Positions 48,523 through 62,240 of a stretch of DNA of 64,000 nt are shown one piece after another; position 1 is the stretch's first letter, and each line of letters begins with the position of its first letter. A model generated the notes under the pieces. The model made no database searches, was not told the origin of the DNA, and was given only the letters and a program-made list of their open reading frames with translations. Source of the stretch: Epiperipatus broadwayi (Eukaryota > Animalia > Onychophora); NCBI GenBank assembly GCA_028023455.1, contig JAQFVV010000008.1, positions 17,546,001-17,610,000 of the forward strand. Direction: 5' to 3'. The translations under genes were made by a program, and so were the position numbers.

Positions 48523-50917
48523 CTATTTAAAAATAAAAAACTCTGTAAGACAATTGGATTACTAAATAATTATAATAATATTAAAAAAAAAACCAAAATT
48601 ATTCATTTTATTAGCTAATTATTATTTATAATTTTGTACAAGTATTTTTTTTTTAAAAGTTTATTATATAAATAAAAATTTACACAAAATAGTAAAATAC
48701 GATATATTAAAAATTCACATATTAATAATAAATTAATAATAATATATTAATAATAAATTAGGCTACCAATATAGAGAACAAATTTCATAAAATAATATCA
48801 ATAAAAAGAATAAACATATGCATTCACACATATGTGTATATATAGACAAACACATGCTACCTTCCAAACCAATTACATTATTTTTATCTTAAAAAAATTA
48901 AATACATTTAATTAGTTTTTGAATTAACAATCTATAGATTTATAATGAGCTAGAATAGATGATTCAATATTTAAATTCAAGTTAGAAAGTAATTTTCTAG
49001 CAAGATTTTATTAATTAATGAAATAATACTTTTTTAATTAGTTTAATTTTTTTTTAGAGCCCCAAATTGTTGATGGAAAAACTAGCTATTGCATAATGAT
49101 TATGAATACATTCAGTTATTAAAAAAAAGAGGCTAAAGTAATCTACTATATATAGATTGTTAGTGAAATATAGAGATATTGTCATTTTTAAATTAATGTT
49201 TTAAAAATATTTTTACAAATGTGACTAATATTTATTGAAAAAACTCTTTAAAAACCTTATTTATTTTTTTTTATGCAAAATAATCTAAAAATTATCATTG
49301 AAAAAACTTAATCACTATCTATTAAGTATAATCACATTAAGATGTTCAGAACAGAATAAGAAATCTTTGCCTATCCCACCTTGTCTGACTTCTTATATGC
49401 AATATCCACTTAGCTACAGTCTTTCATAACAAGTGATTGATAATTAATAAGGATTCAATAAATGCCAGGAGCAAAAACATCCCTGAGATTCTAACTTTTG
49501 TTGACGAGTCTAGGAAAGAAAAATTCTTTAACCAGTTTTATTAATTTCATGGTTATTAAAGTTTTTCCTTTCCAATTTCTGTTTAGTCATTTTAAGAATA
49601 TTGATGTTTATGTCTATTGGTGAAATGTAAATACTGATATAACTAGTTACAAATTCAACAATTTATCTTCTTTATTTGATTTGGGGTATTTTAAACATTG
49701 ATAGTTTTCAATGGATATTATTAAAAATAAAAATATTTATTTCACATCAAAAACTAATTTAAAACTTTTGAAAAATAGATATCTATGTTAGTTGAGACTT
49801 CTTTACTAATATAAAAAATTCAACTTATGATTAAACAAATCATTTAAATTTCATGTAATAATAATTTTTACATACTTTTAAAATGGCAAAATTTTTTTGA
49901 ATCTGAGTCCAAAAAAAATAATGAAGTCACCAAAAATAAAACATTTTTGTAAAATAGACAGAAATGAGTAATAATATGAATGGAAAATTATTCGTAAACT
50001 AACAAATCTAGTTGGTTCAAAATTGAATTATATAATTGCATGCAATATATATATAAGACTTTGTGAAAAATTTTATTATAATAAAATATTAATTTTATTA
50101 ATTCAGTAAGAGAATAATGTGCAAAGAATAAATAAAGTTTTAGAGTTATATGTGATAAAATATATTCATTTATTGTGGATATAATATATTAATCAAATAA
50201 ATAAAAATATGAACAGAACAAATACATGAAAAAAAAAAAAAAATTATAAAACAATGTAAAAATTTTAAATTTATAAAAAAAGATTCAACAGAAAAAGCAG
50301 TCAATTTATATAAAGGAAAACATTCATTAATATTTGTAAGTCATTAAGTAGAAGGTATTAAAGATTAAGATAACTAAGAAAAGTGATAAAAAGAATAATG
50401 ATTGGGGATATATTAACATACTGTTCTGCTTTGAGAAAATTTCCAAATGCCCATTAAAATGGACATGTAATGTTTTTTTTTTATATCAAAAAATATTATT
50501 TTAGAATGACATAAGAAATGAATTTATAGAAAACTATCTTGATTTTTAAAGAAAATAGAAGTGGACTGAATGCTACCTTAATTTAAACAAATTTGGCTTT
50601 ATATATTGATAAATAGTATAAGTATTATTTAAAATGAAATAAAAACTTTGTGAAAAAAAAAAAATTGCAGATGGGCACATCTCCATAAAGGAAATTTTTA
50701 TTCTCATATGGGTTTTTAAGTTTTCCTATAATTAGGACTTTTCTAAAGTGTTAGGAAAATGGTTTTTTTTTACTACATATTTAGATAATAAATCAGCTTC
50801 TATGACTATTGCATTCTTTCTAAATAAAAGTTAAAGAAATATTTTTTGTAAAATAATATATCAACATAAATAAAAAAAGCACAATAAAATATTCTAATTA
50901 TTCATGATACAAATTAC

Positions 50918-51015
50918 CTGGACCTTTTCTTCTTTTCAGTTTTTGAATGTTGTCTATATCATCTCCGGGTTTATAGTCCATATCTCCTTCAACAATATCA
51001 TCATCTTCAAAATCT
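50918..51015 (-). CDS. Upstream coding exon of the zinc-finger gene
   Basis: atttcag acceptor and gtaatt donor. The 98-nt exon DFEDDDIVEGDMDYKPGDDIDNIQKLKRRKGP joins in frame to GRPRK, completing an AT-hook. Confidence 0.85.
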
Positions 51016-52699
51016 CTGAAATATAAAAAAAAATATAAATTTTCTTTAGGTAATAAAAAGTGCATATAATATGAATTGAATTAATTCCATTTATAATAAA
51101 AACTAGTAGAAAGTTGCTTTTATTCCATTTCTTATTTGAAAATCTGTCATCACAAAAACTTCTTTGACTAACATTTTATTTTCAATCAAATTAATAAAAA
51201 ATATAATAAAAGCAAGAATTTTATTAATATGGAAGATATTTACACTGCAACTCTACAGCTACAAGAAAACCGAAAGTATGCTAAAATGTTCATAATTTAA
51301 ACTAAAGTCATTTAAATAAAATAAAGTGAACCACAATAAATAAATTAGAAAATAAATGCACAATATCTTTTGAGTATTTTAAGACCACAGTAACCTCAGA
51401 ATAAAAAGTGGAAAATTGCAAAATATTACAGATAAAATATGATAAGCTTCTATTAGGAAATATCTTTGAATACTTTTACAATTTTCATACGTATAGGGGA
51501 TTTGAACTCAGACTTTCAGAAACCCACCAACTATCCATTCTATCTCATACAACACACACACCACACATGTAGAAAAGATAAATAATCACCAATATACGTA
51601 TTTCATGCTAAACCAGCACTTATCAGTTGGTCCAGATTATCATCTCCCACACACATATATATAATCAGTGCTCAGTTTATATTAAGATAGCAAATCTTCA
51701 CACTTTAATGGACATGCTTCAATCCACTCTAACCTCCAACTTTTCAGCCATCCATATTATTGAAAATCTGATGATGAAAAGTCAAATCCCATGCTGATGC
51801 AAACATTATTGCCAAGCCCATGTTGACCTGAAGTCACTCTGATCCCTCATGTATAGGACCTTATCCATTTAAATACATAGAAGAGGCATGGGCAGGATAC
51901 AAGCTTATATGTAAATATTTTGTAAGTCAAAAATTTTTTTTAGAAATAATGTTTTTAAATTAATTTATTGTCAATTCTTTTAATTCATAAAACACAAATA
52001 TATTTCAGATAAATTCAGAAAAAAAAGTAGATTGTAATATCTTGATGATCATGTTAGAGTTATTTTACTGTAGCTTGTCCATTCTTTTCCTATAAAGAAA
52101 ATCTTGACACTATCTATAATGATATGTAAATTTAAAAACATTTATGGCCAAAGCAGATCTTAATTACCAAAAAATTATATATTATTAACTTATCTTTCTT
52201 AATTGTCAGATGGATTAATTTTAATTTAATAAAATAAGCATTAAAAAAGTAAAAAGAAAAGGGCATTGTTTGATTTTTTTTTTTTTGTTTCAAAAAATTA
52301 TACAAAGCTTAGAGGCTATTGGAGATAAATCAACTATTGACTATGAGTACAATGCCTTCAGAACTGAAGTTAGCAATAGAAAAATAACCTTGCATTATAA
52401 TTGAAAATAATATTTTTCAAGTCTTTCTAGAGAATACCAGCTAATAGGCAAAGATGACTTTGGAGTTCTACAAAACAACTTTTGGCTATTAATTATAAAA
52501 ACAGTCAAATATTCTAATAAATCTTTAGAAAAAAAATTTATTTAACACAGGATGAAAATCCTAGGCCAATAATATGCAACAAAATTAGAACTTCATTCAC
52601 TTTTAATGAAATATCATTTCAATGTTACCAAATCTTGAAATTCTAGAGCAAAGTCAGTAATACAGTGAAAGTGATGGATGATTCATAGAGTTAAGATTC

Positions 52700-55600
52700 T
52701 GAAATGTCCACGTATATAAAACTGGGTATGTAAATAAAAGATTTTTTATTTTTGTAAATGTGCACATATTTCTTCACTTGAATAACATTCCCTTTATTGG
52801 AGAAATTTACTCTAAAAATTTGCTGGAGAGATTGCCCCAAAATTATAGATTAAATTAGAAATTGAATTTGTATGCAAATAAAGCTAGTTGCATACAAATT
52901 AAATCTTATATATTTATCGCCAAGTAAATAAAAAGAGAGAGGAAGCAGTTAAAATGGTTAGACTAAAGTAAAGTTAGTGCTGATTTGAAGTGATAACAGA
53001 TTAGCAGTAAAGAATAATCAATATTAGATTAGTAGATCGACTAACAATGATTAAGTCTAAAATAGAATAGTTGCAAGCAAGAAGCAGTTATTTGTTTGTG
53101 CATTGAAAAGGCTATTATCAGTGAAGAGTAATTAACTGAAGCTTAACCAAACCGCAAGAGACAAATTGGAAACAAAAATGGTTAATATATAACTAAGTAC
53201 TGCTTTTGTGAACTTTAATAAATGTATTCTATATGTGAAATTATATATGCTTATTTATGTTTCAAGAGACATTTGATTTAAAAGCACAAATATATCAACT
53301 GGATTACTCCTAGTGTGGAAGAAGACTATTTTCACCTGAGGAAAATATATGAATATTAATAGACTATTACCTTTTTATGTTGTTTTTACTACATCATTAT
53401 TTGTTATTAAATAAATCTTATTATATATACATTTTGAAGTACATTGTTTCTTTATTTAGTTCCCTGACTGGTCTTTAGAGACCCTCAGGACATAGCAGTT
53501 GGTGCAGTAATGACAGAATTGCTACAGGATTCATCACAGAATAACTTCTACTGCGAATAATAAAATATGGCAGCACTTAAGTTCTGTAATCCATGAATTT
53601 GATATAAACAACAATGGATTCATGGAAAAGTTATGTAGAATACTACATATTTATAAATAAAATGGAAAACGAGCATCTCAAAGTGTCAACTCATCTACAT
53701 TTTTCAGGTCAAGATGTTATACAATTTGAAAATAGATTTACAAATCCCAAAGAACCAGAAAAACTTCCATATAAAAAAGTTGTAGATATTTTACTTTGAG
53801 AGTATCAAAATGGGTAGCGTGGCCAAGATTGAGAAACCAAAACCAACTACCATAAAAAAAATACATGAACTACAGTTTAACTCTAAGGAAGCTGGCTAAA
53901 TACTGTGATTTTGATATGGAAATAAATGATATATTCTTGAAACAACTCCTACATGGCATAAAGAATGAAAATTTATTGCTCAGTGACCCCAACCTAAGTT
54001 ATAAAAGAGCTGTGGAAAAATGTGTCACATAAAAAGCTTTACAAAATAACGCGCTGGAGTTTAGAGCAACAACAGTTGAGAAAAATTTCACTACTAAATC
54101 AAAAAGTAACAAAACTTATTACAGAGCCTTGTAATGATAGAAAAGAGTAAAAGTGCTATGGTTATGGTAAATCCAGACATTTTAAATAGAAGTATAAACA
54201 CAGAAATTGTGACAAAAAAAAATCATTTAATAGTGGTCTGTCATTTTAGGAAGAGCAGAACTATTGATTTTGTAAAAGCGGACTATAAATTTGAAGGCAG
54301 ATTAAATTTTGAGAACGTTAGCATAAAGAGGCTGAATGACAGAGAAATGGACCACATATTTTTAGATGCAGTTAGTTGCAATCAAATAGTAAAAATAAAA
54401 GTGGACAATGGAGTCGATCTATCAAAAATATCTTGCAATAGACACCGTTATTTGCGGTCAAATAGTAAAAATGGAAGTAGACAGCGGAGTTGATCTATCA
54501 ATGATATCGTGCAGATTGGATTAAAATTAGCAGAAAATGTAAAAGGAAGATAACATTTCAAGATACAGATGTGATGGCTATAGATTTAAATAGCAATAAA
54601 ATTGATATTTGAAGAAAAGTGGTAGTGCCTGTAAAATTAATTTCTAGTGTGAAATGGCTGTCACCTTACTCAGTAAATAAAAATTTCAGCCCATTGTTAG
54701 AAAGAAATTGGTTCCAACCACTGGGTATTCAAATAAATGTAAATATTAAGTTGTTAAATTCCAGAACTTTAAATTCTGGTAGTGTGGCTATATCAAATTG
54801 GGTATGGAAAAAATCTAGGACTCCCCAGGCTGAATTAACAAAGTTAGTACCACCAATTTGTAAAAATAATGAAGGTCAAAATTGGTTCAAGTTCTTAGTA
54901 GAAGAAAAAACATGACTTGACTACATGACTTACTTAATTGTAAATGGATGCCTGAAGAAATAGTCAAAGTAATATTGAATGATATAAGAATAATAAAATT
55001 AAAGAATAGGTGGGAATTGAAAAAGCATGTTAAACACCTTTGATGTCATAATGAGAATATCTTGCCAAATATTCATTTAAATAAATCTTTAGAAAAATAA
55101 TTAGAGAAAAAGATTTTTTATTGGAGGATTTAATTACTGATTCATACCAAGTTAAAGTAATTGATGATTAACAAATGTTTGTACAGACGGAAAATGAAGG
55201 CAGAATTATTTCAAAAGAAAAGAAAGTTATTTCTAAAACTCCATGTAAACATAAAAGTAAACCACCTGTGAAGTTTAAAGATATAATAATAAATTAAGTC
55301 AATATTTCTAGGTGTAGAGAGAGGAGTGAAATGGCTACAAGTATAAAACTGTATATGCAAATAAAATATTTATTTTTGTAAATATGCATGGATTTCTTCA
55401 CTTTAATAACATTATCTTTATTGAAGAAATTCAATGGAGAGATCATCCCAGATTTATAGATTAAATTAAAATATGTATGCAAATAAAGCTAGTTGCATAA
55501 AGAAGAGGGAGGAAGCATCTAAAATGATTAGACTGGGGTAAAGTTAGTGTTGATTTGAAATAATAACAGATCAGCAGTGAAGAATGATCAATGGTAGACT

Positions 55601-56093
55601 AGTAGATTGATTAGCAGTGATTAAGTCTAAAATGGAATAGTTGCAAACAAGAAGCAGTTACTTGTTTGTATATTGAAAAGGTTATTATCAGTGAAGAATA
55701 ATTAATTGAAGCTTAACTAACCACAAGAGACAAGTTGGAAATAGAGATGGTTAATATATAGCATATAAACTGTGCGTGACGAAGTAAGCAATGATATTGT
55801 GAACTTTAATAAATTTATTCTATATGTGAAATTATATATGCTTATTTGTGTTTTGAGATATTTGATTTAAAAGCACTAATATAATAACTGGATTATTCCT
55901 GGTATGGAAGAAGACTATTTTCACCTGAGGAAAATGAAAAAGCATATGAATATTAATGGACTATTACCTTTTTATGTTGTTCTTACCACATTATTTGTTA
56001 TTAAATAAATCTTGTTATATATATATATTTCAAAGTACATTGTTTTTTTATTTAGCTCCCTGATTGGTCTTTAGAGATCCTCAGGACATAGCA
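52700..56093 (+). mobile_element. Internally deleted LTR retrotransposon (gag + protease relic only), Mag-like
   Basis: LTRs 52700-53497 and 55327-56093 (TG...CA). TSD GATTC (52695-52699, 56094-56098). PBS-like tggtgcagt. PPT agagagaggag. The internal 1.8 kb has gag (SWKSYVE...) and protease-like (VDNGVD / VDSGVD) fragments but no RT, RH or IN. Confidence 0.9.
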
Positions 56094-56825
56094 GATTCCA
56101 TAATCAATTCTTGTTAATAACTGAATAGAAATGTTTAATACTCATTTTGCCATTAATGTGCTCAAACATAACTTTATTTATATCAATCTCCATAAAAGAT
56201 AGATATTCCACAAATTATTCCTGTTAATTCAAAGGCTTCACCAAAACATCTGTAGCTGGTATGATAGTTTTGACAGTCCAGTATTTATCGTTAGAGAACC
56301 AAGAAATTTTAATGACCAAAAGTATACTGTTGTACCCATTAATAATACATCTTAAGTATCTGTCCAATCACATTTCTAAAAATTTCCTTTATTAAATTTA
56401 TATAATTAAAGAGCATCTAATTTACCAAGCTATCTTCTACAAAAGATATTTCTCTTGAGCACCAAATCAAAAACTTGCAGATAAATTAAACATTCATTTC
56501 ATGATGAAATCTGAGATTTAAAAAAGCAATTTAAAGATCAGTCATCAAAAAAAAAAAAAAAAAACCTTTCTAACTAGAAATTGCCTAAGAAAGAATAAAA
56601 AAATTTGCTAGCAGAAAATAATCTAAAAGCAAAATGAATATTAAGAAAAAACTGCAATGTTTAATTTACAAAAATATCAACAACTGCACAAAAATTTTTT
56701 TGACTTTTAATATTAGAACCTAATGCCATAATAATATTTTTCAAAAGCATTAGATTAGCAAAGATAATCAGTATTTACTTATATACCATTATCATTTAAT
56801 AATCCTGTTCATTAGTATACAGAAA

Positions 56826-58240
56826 CGTGATGTGATGTATTTTGGCTTCTTAAACGAAGTCAAGAATATCTCAGCAATTATGTCCAGATAAACCTGTTAG
56901 CCACTTTATTTTCCATTTCCCACTCTAAGTCTTTCCATATTCTGCCCCATCCCATTTCCACAACATAATCTTTGTCAACTCTATAGCCTTTATATCTAAA
57001 TCCCCCTTATCTTTCCGCAAACCCAGCATAAAAACCAATAACTAACTTTCTGTATAATCACTTTGTTCATATCTATTCTCCCATAACTTCATTATCTGTA
57101 CCCTTTCTGCTTTCAAGCATTTACATTCAATCAACAGATGCCTAATATTTTCTATACCTTCCTTACACAATTTGCTCACTAAATCACCCATATTTCTCCA
57201 TTTACATGTATATTCTCTGGTTGCTAATGATCCCGTTCGAGCCTTAAACAATAAACTACTTTCTTTACTATTATCATAAATTAACTCGCATCCAATGTTC
57301 TGTTTACTTCTATATATATTTAAACTCTTCTTACCCTCCATACTAGTTCTCCATCTCTCCAACTTCCTATTTTTTATTAATACTTCTATTCTTTTATCTC
57401 ATTCATTACCACTATAACACTCAATAATTCTCCTAACACAATCATCCCACCTTTTATACAAGTATACTGATATAAATTCTTTATCCAAATCTTTTGCATA
57501 CCACATTACCTTTCTTAACCATCTTGTTACCTGCCCTTTACTCATAACAAAATTAAACACTATTTTGCTATTCTTTTACTATCCATAAACTGCAACCTAC
57601 CAAACATTTTCATTTTACTTTTTGCATCTCTCATATAAAAATTTGACCATCCCATTTCCCCTTGAATTGCCTCCTTTGCTGACCACATCTCTGCATCTAA
57701 TGCAGGTCTTCCTACTTCCCTTTGTACTTTCTCTAAATAATCTAAAACTCTTTTACTAACACATAATGCATCATTACCATACGTTAACCCTACTACTGCA
57801 ACTCCCTTCCATACAATTCTAGCTACATCATAGTTATTATATGAAAATACTGTTAATTTTTTTTACCAAACCCATTCTTTTCTTTGCTTCATTTACCAAT
57901 TTTTTTCTCCCATTCATCCAAGCAATTTTCCTGATTACATAAGATAATTCCCAAATACCTATATCTATCCACCACACTTAACTTTATATCCCCCAATAAG
58001 AATTCTACATCTTCTCTTTCCCCATCATTATATTTGATTTTTCTTCACTAAATTTAATCCCCATCTCTTTGCCCACCCTTGCATATGTCCTTAACATAAT
58101 TTCCATATCTTCTCTTTTTTCTGCACACAAAAAGATATCATCTGCAAAAAAAAGACTCGACAAAGTATATACTCCCTTGCCACCTATTAACGGTATCTCT
58201 ATCCCTCTTCTTATTTTTTCTATTGCTTTCTCAACCAAAC
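56826..58240 (-). mobile_element. 3' part of an RTE/RTEX-like LINE
   Basis: FFADDIFL (RT), LLFKARTGSL and C-terminal (C)KLCKEGIENIRHLLIEC. The 3' UTR ends in a catca-type tail. Confidence 0.85.
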
Positions 58241-58244
58241 ACTA

Positions 58245-61200
58245 TTCCCCACATGAAATTGGTGTCATTGGATGTGTCCCCTTTTGATACGAAACAGAGC
58301 CATTGGATCAATCGTGTCCGTGCATTTCTCTGATCTTGGCTGGGGTCGATAGGTGGGTGGCCCTTTGGGAGAAGTGTCCTGAAAATTTCCGGACATGTTT
58401 CTCCAAAATGGAGTCTTCTCGGAACGAAACCAGTGGACTCATTAACGAGGTTAATGTAAGATATGACTTCTCAGTTTTATTCACCCAATCATGATGATCC
58501 AGTGTGAAAGAGTCGATTGATCTCTCTCATAACTCTTTCACACGGGTTAGACTGGGGGTTTCTGATAGACGGTAAACAGTGCTTTAAATTTTGTTTAGAC
58601 ATCCAAACTCTCCATTCCTTAGATGTAAATGCAGAGCCATGATCAGAGAATTGTGTCAGGTTTTCCAACTTCCAAAAATTGCCTGTTTTGGAGGTCGGCA
58701 GCCCTGACTGGGTATGCCCGCACATACTTGGAGAACACATCATATGTGACTAGAAGATAACAGAACCTCCAGAATGTGGGAAGGGGGCCATAATGGCCAA
58801 TTGCAAGTAATTCATTTGGTTTGGATGCTGCGATGGGTTGAAGAGTACCTGCGTATGATTTATTAGGAAATTTATTTTGTGCATTTTATGCATTTTCTTA
58901 ACGTGAGGAGGATAAGGCTATACATGCCTGGCCAGTAAAACTGTCTTTTTAGGGCCTCTTCAGTCTTCCTTGCTCCAAAATGCCCTAATGCTTGGTGCAC
59001 ATGATTTATAAGCTGGATTCTTAGTTTATGGGGAGTCATGATTTTCCATGGGTCATCTTTTCCCGGGGATGTATGTTTGCAGAACACCATCCCTTAATCG
59101 ATATTGCATGTGTTTCCTCTTAGGAGGGTTTATAGGGTTAGAGCTACCATTCTGTAATTCGTGAATAATCTGACAGTACTGAGGTTCTGTCTCCTGCCAA
59201 TACCGGAGATTTTTCAGTTCGGATTCTATTGATGTGCCCTTGCAGATTGCCATGATTCTGACTGTGTTGTCTAACAATTGGGGGTTTTGTGCTTGGATTG
59301 GTACAGGGTGACGGCTCGCGATATCAGTCAGTATATTTTCCGGGTCAGGGCAATACATTACACTGTACCTAAATTTTTGCAATGTTAAGCTCCACCTGAT
59401 GAGATGGTCATTTGTGAGGAAACTCTTATTTACGAACTCCAAGCATTTGTGGTCAGTGATAATGATTACCTCGGAGCCCAGTAAGAATTGCCGGAATTTT
59501 TGGCAGGCCCAAACAATGGCAAGGATCTCTTGCTCAGTGGCAGTATAATTCACCTCTGCTCCTTTCAAAGTCTGGCTGCTAAAATAGAGTACACAATGTT
59601 CTCCATCCTCACCAGTCTGGAATAACACTGCACCCAGGCCCCTTCTGCTAGAGTCTGTCTATACATAGAATGGTCTTCCAAAGTCGGGGTGGTGTAGCAT
59701 AATGGCGTGCAAGAAATTTTGCTTTATGGTACTGAGGTCTTGATTATGTATCATTGTCCACTTCCATCTTTGATACTTTTTTAGCAAGTTAACAAGGTTC
59801 GTAGTTTCACAGGCAAATCGTGGATAAAAATTACATAATCCTAAAAAGGATTTGAGCTGTTTATGGTTCTGAGGAGTTGGAAAACTCTCAATAGCATCCA
59901 CCTTTTCAGGGTGGACTTTTAACCCGTGCTTGTTTATTACGTGACCTAAAAACGTTATCTCTTGAATTGCGAATTTACTCTTTTCAAGTTGATTGTGATA
60001 TTTCCCCTCTGGCATTCTCTGAAGAACTGTTTCAAGTATTTCCAAATGTTCCTTGATGTCCTTTGAGGCAATGACAATATCATCGATGTAGCATACCATG
60101 TGTTGCTGCATGTCCTCAGATATTACTTGTTTCAGACATCGCATAAACCCTGCCCCGCTATTGATGAGTCCCAACGGGACCCTTTTGAATACATGGGTGT
60201 GACCATTGTATCTGAAAGCAGTATACTTCCAGTCGTGCGGGTCCAAAACCATCAGCCAGTAGCTAGAAGAAAGGTCCAAGATGGAAATTACAGTTTTTTC
60301 AGCTAGCTGAATGAATATTTCCTGTATGGGTGGAGGTGTGTCTCAGGAATTGTTATACTATTAAGATGGTGGGATCAAGACATAACTGAAGGTTCCCATT
60401 CTTTTTCTTGACCACAACAAGAGGGTTATTATATGGGGATGAGCTACACTTGATGATGTCCCAATCTATCATTTGTTTAATTTGCATTTCTACTTCTTCC
60501 TTATACTGGAAGGGAATTGGATACATCTTGGATTGAGCATAGGACTCCTCTTTGATCCGTATCCGGTGAGTATATCCTCTGATCTTACCGGGAGTGTTCG
60601 AAAATACATGAGAGTACTTCTCCAAGATTTCATTCATATGGAGTCTTGAATCAGGTTCTTGAAGATCTGCCTCTCATACCTTGGTTGCGATTAAAGCTGG
60701 ATCAACTGGCTCAATGAGGCAACTCCCCTCCCCCAGATGTTGATTATTGATTTCAAAATGGATACTTTCATTGTGTATCTGACAGGTCCTTTTGGAATAA
60801 TCAATGATGCAGTGGTGCTGTTGCAGAAAGTCGGATCCTAGTACTATGTCATAGATTAGTCCTGACATTATCAGGAATGTGTGGCTTATATAAGTTTTTC
60901 CAAAACCAATCTCTAACCACACCTGAAAATTCTCACAGTTTTTTTTCCGTTTGCTAGGATTAACGTAATAGGGCGAGTCGGGAGTTGCATGATGATGGTG
61001 TTTTCTTCCTTGAGAGTATTTACCCATATCCGTGATACTATTAATACCTGACTTCCGGAATCTAATAAAGCCTTCATGCTTTCATCGTTTCTCTCTCTTC
61101 ATGGTCATCCTTCTCATGAATAATCATATTCCTCGGGCTGATGCTGCCTGACATTAATTTTTCTCCTCTTTGGTTGTCATATTGATGACGAAGCTCTAGA

Positions 61201-62065
61201 TCCTTGTCTTCTCTTGCCTTTTGATTTCTCATAATGTCAGTTTCTTTGACCTGTGCTGCGGTTCTTGGATTCAATATCCCATTGTCAATGAATGTTAAAA
61301 ATTTGGTCATTTCTGTTATATCAGAAATTTGACTGCAGAGCATCATCCTCTGCAACCAAGCAGGCATGTTTTGTCTGATGATACGAATGATTTGAGAATT
61401 AGAATAAGGAAATGCTGTGAGGGTTTTAAACTTGGCCACCTGATGCAAAAAAAAATTGTGTGCATTTCTGGATGTTGAGCCTGGTATTTCTCGGTCATCA
61501 ATGCATGTAGGATATCCTCCTGACAGTCTTCTCCCCAAAAATTCTGCAATAGAATGGCCTTATACTCTTCAAACATGGCAGGCTGCTTTTGCAGCGAATG
61601 CCACCAATCCTTGGCCGTGGTTTTTAAATAGTGGCTGGCAATAGCCACACCATCAGCTTTATTGGCTTGGCTAAGACAAAACAATACTTGAAGACTCTTG
61701 AGATGTTCCTGTGAATTTGTATGAGGTTCGCAACTGAAAATCTGCAGATGCACAAACCGTGCCATCTGTGATGATCTCTGGTAATGAATGTTGTTGTTGG
61801 GGTCCTTAGTCACCAGGTTACTTTGTTCTTCTCTGGCCTCTGCTGTTGAGGATGATCTGAGATTTAGATGACTTTCATCCTTTATGTTCTTATTCTGTTG
61901 ATCCTTCATGTTCTCAATCTGTTGATCCATTTTTTCCCCTTTATATATATATATCAAAATGTTGGTTAAAATAAAATGTGGATCAAATTTTTTTGCTGAC
62001 TTGGATTTAATAACTTTGCTTTTGATTATGAAACTTTCTCTATTTATAATATTGGAAATGAACAT
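58245..62065 (-). mobile_element. LTR-less degenerate Ty3/Gypsy internal region (gag, PR, RT, RH, truncated IN)
   Basis: gag-like ORFs 61074-62065, protease-like 60674-61027, RT (DLSSSYW, YIDD), RH (TEQEILAI, TDHKCL), IN (HQALGH...CIKC, SDHGSAF, PQSNPCERV). No LTR found in the window. Confidence 0.88.
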
Positions 62066-62069
62066 CTCC

Positions 62070-62240
62070 CCCCCCTCTTAAACTGTCTCCATTCCCACAC
62101 AACCACAAACTCCCATTTCTTTATTTAAACTATCCCCTTTATGCTGCACCTATCCATTACTCACTGTTGACCACGGCTTAATTTTATTCCATTACCCTCA
62201 ATTTGCTCCTTAAATTCTCCATTGGTTGCTCTGCCGCACC
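62070..62240 (-). pseudogene. Possible LINE APE-endonuclease N-terminal fragment
   Basis: Frameshifted residues EFKEQIEGNGIKL..VV..E.W and W.WRQFKRGG resemble the APE N-terminal motifs. Confidence 0.3.

Noticed and set aside
51769-51782. CTGATGATGAAA as a minimal hammerhead
   Set aside because: No helix II or helix I/III pairing.
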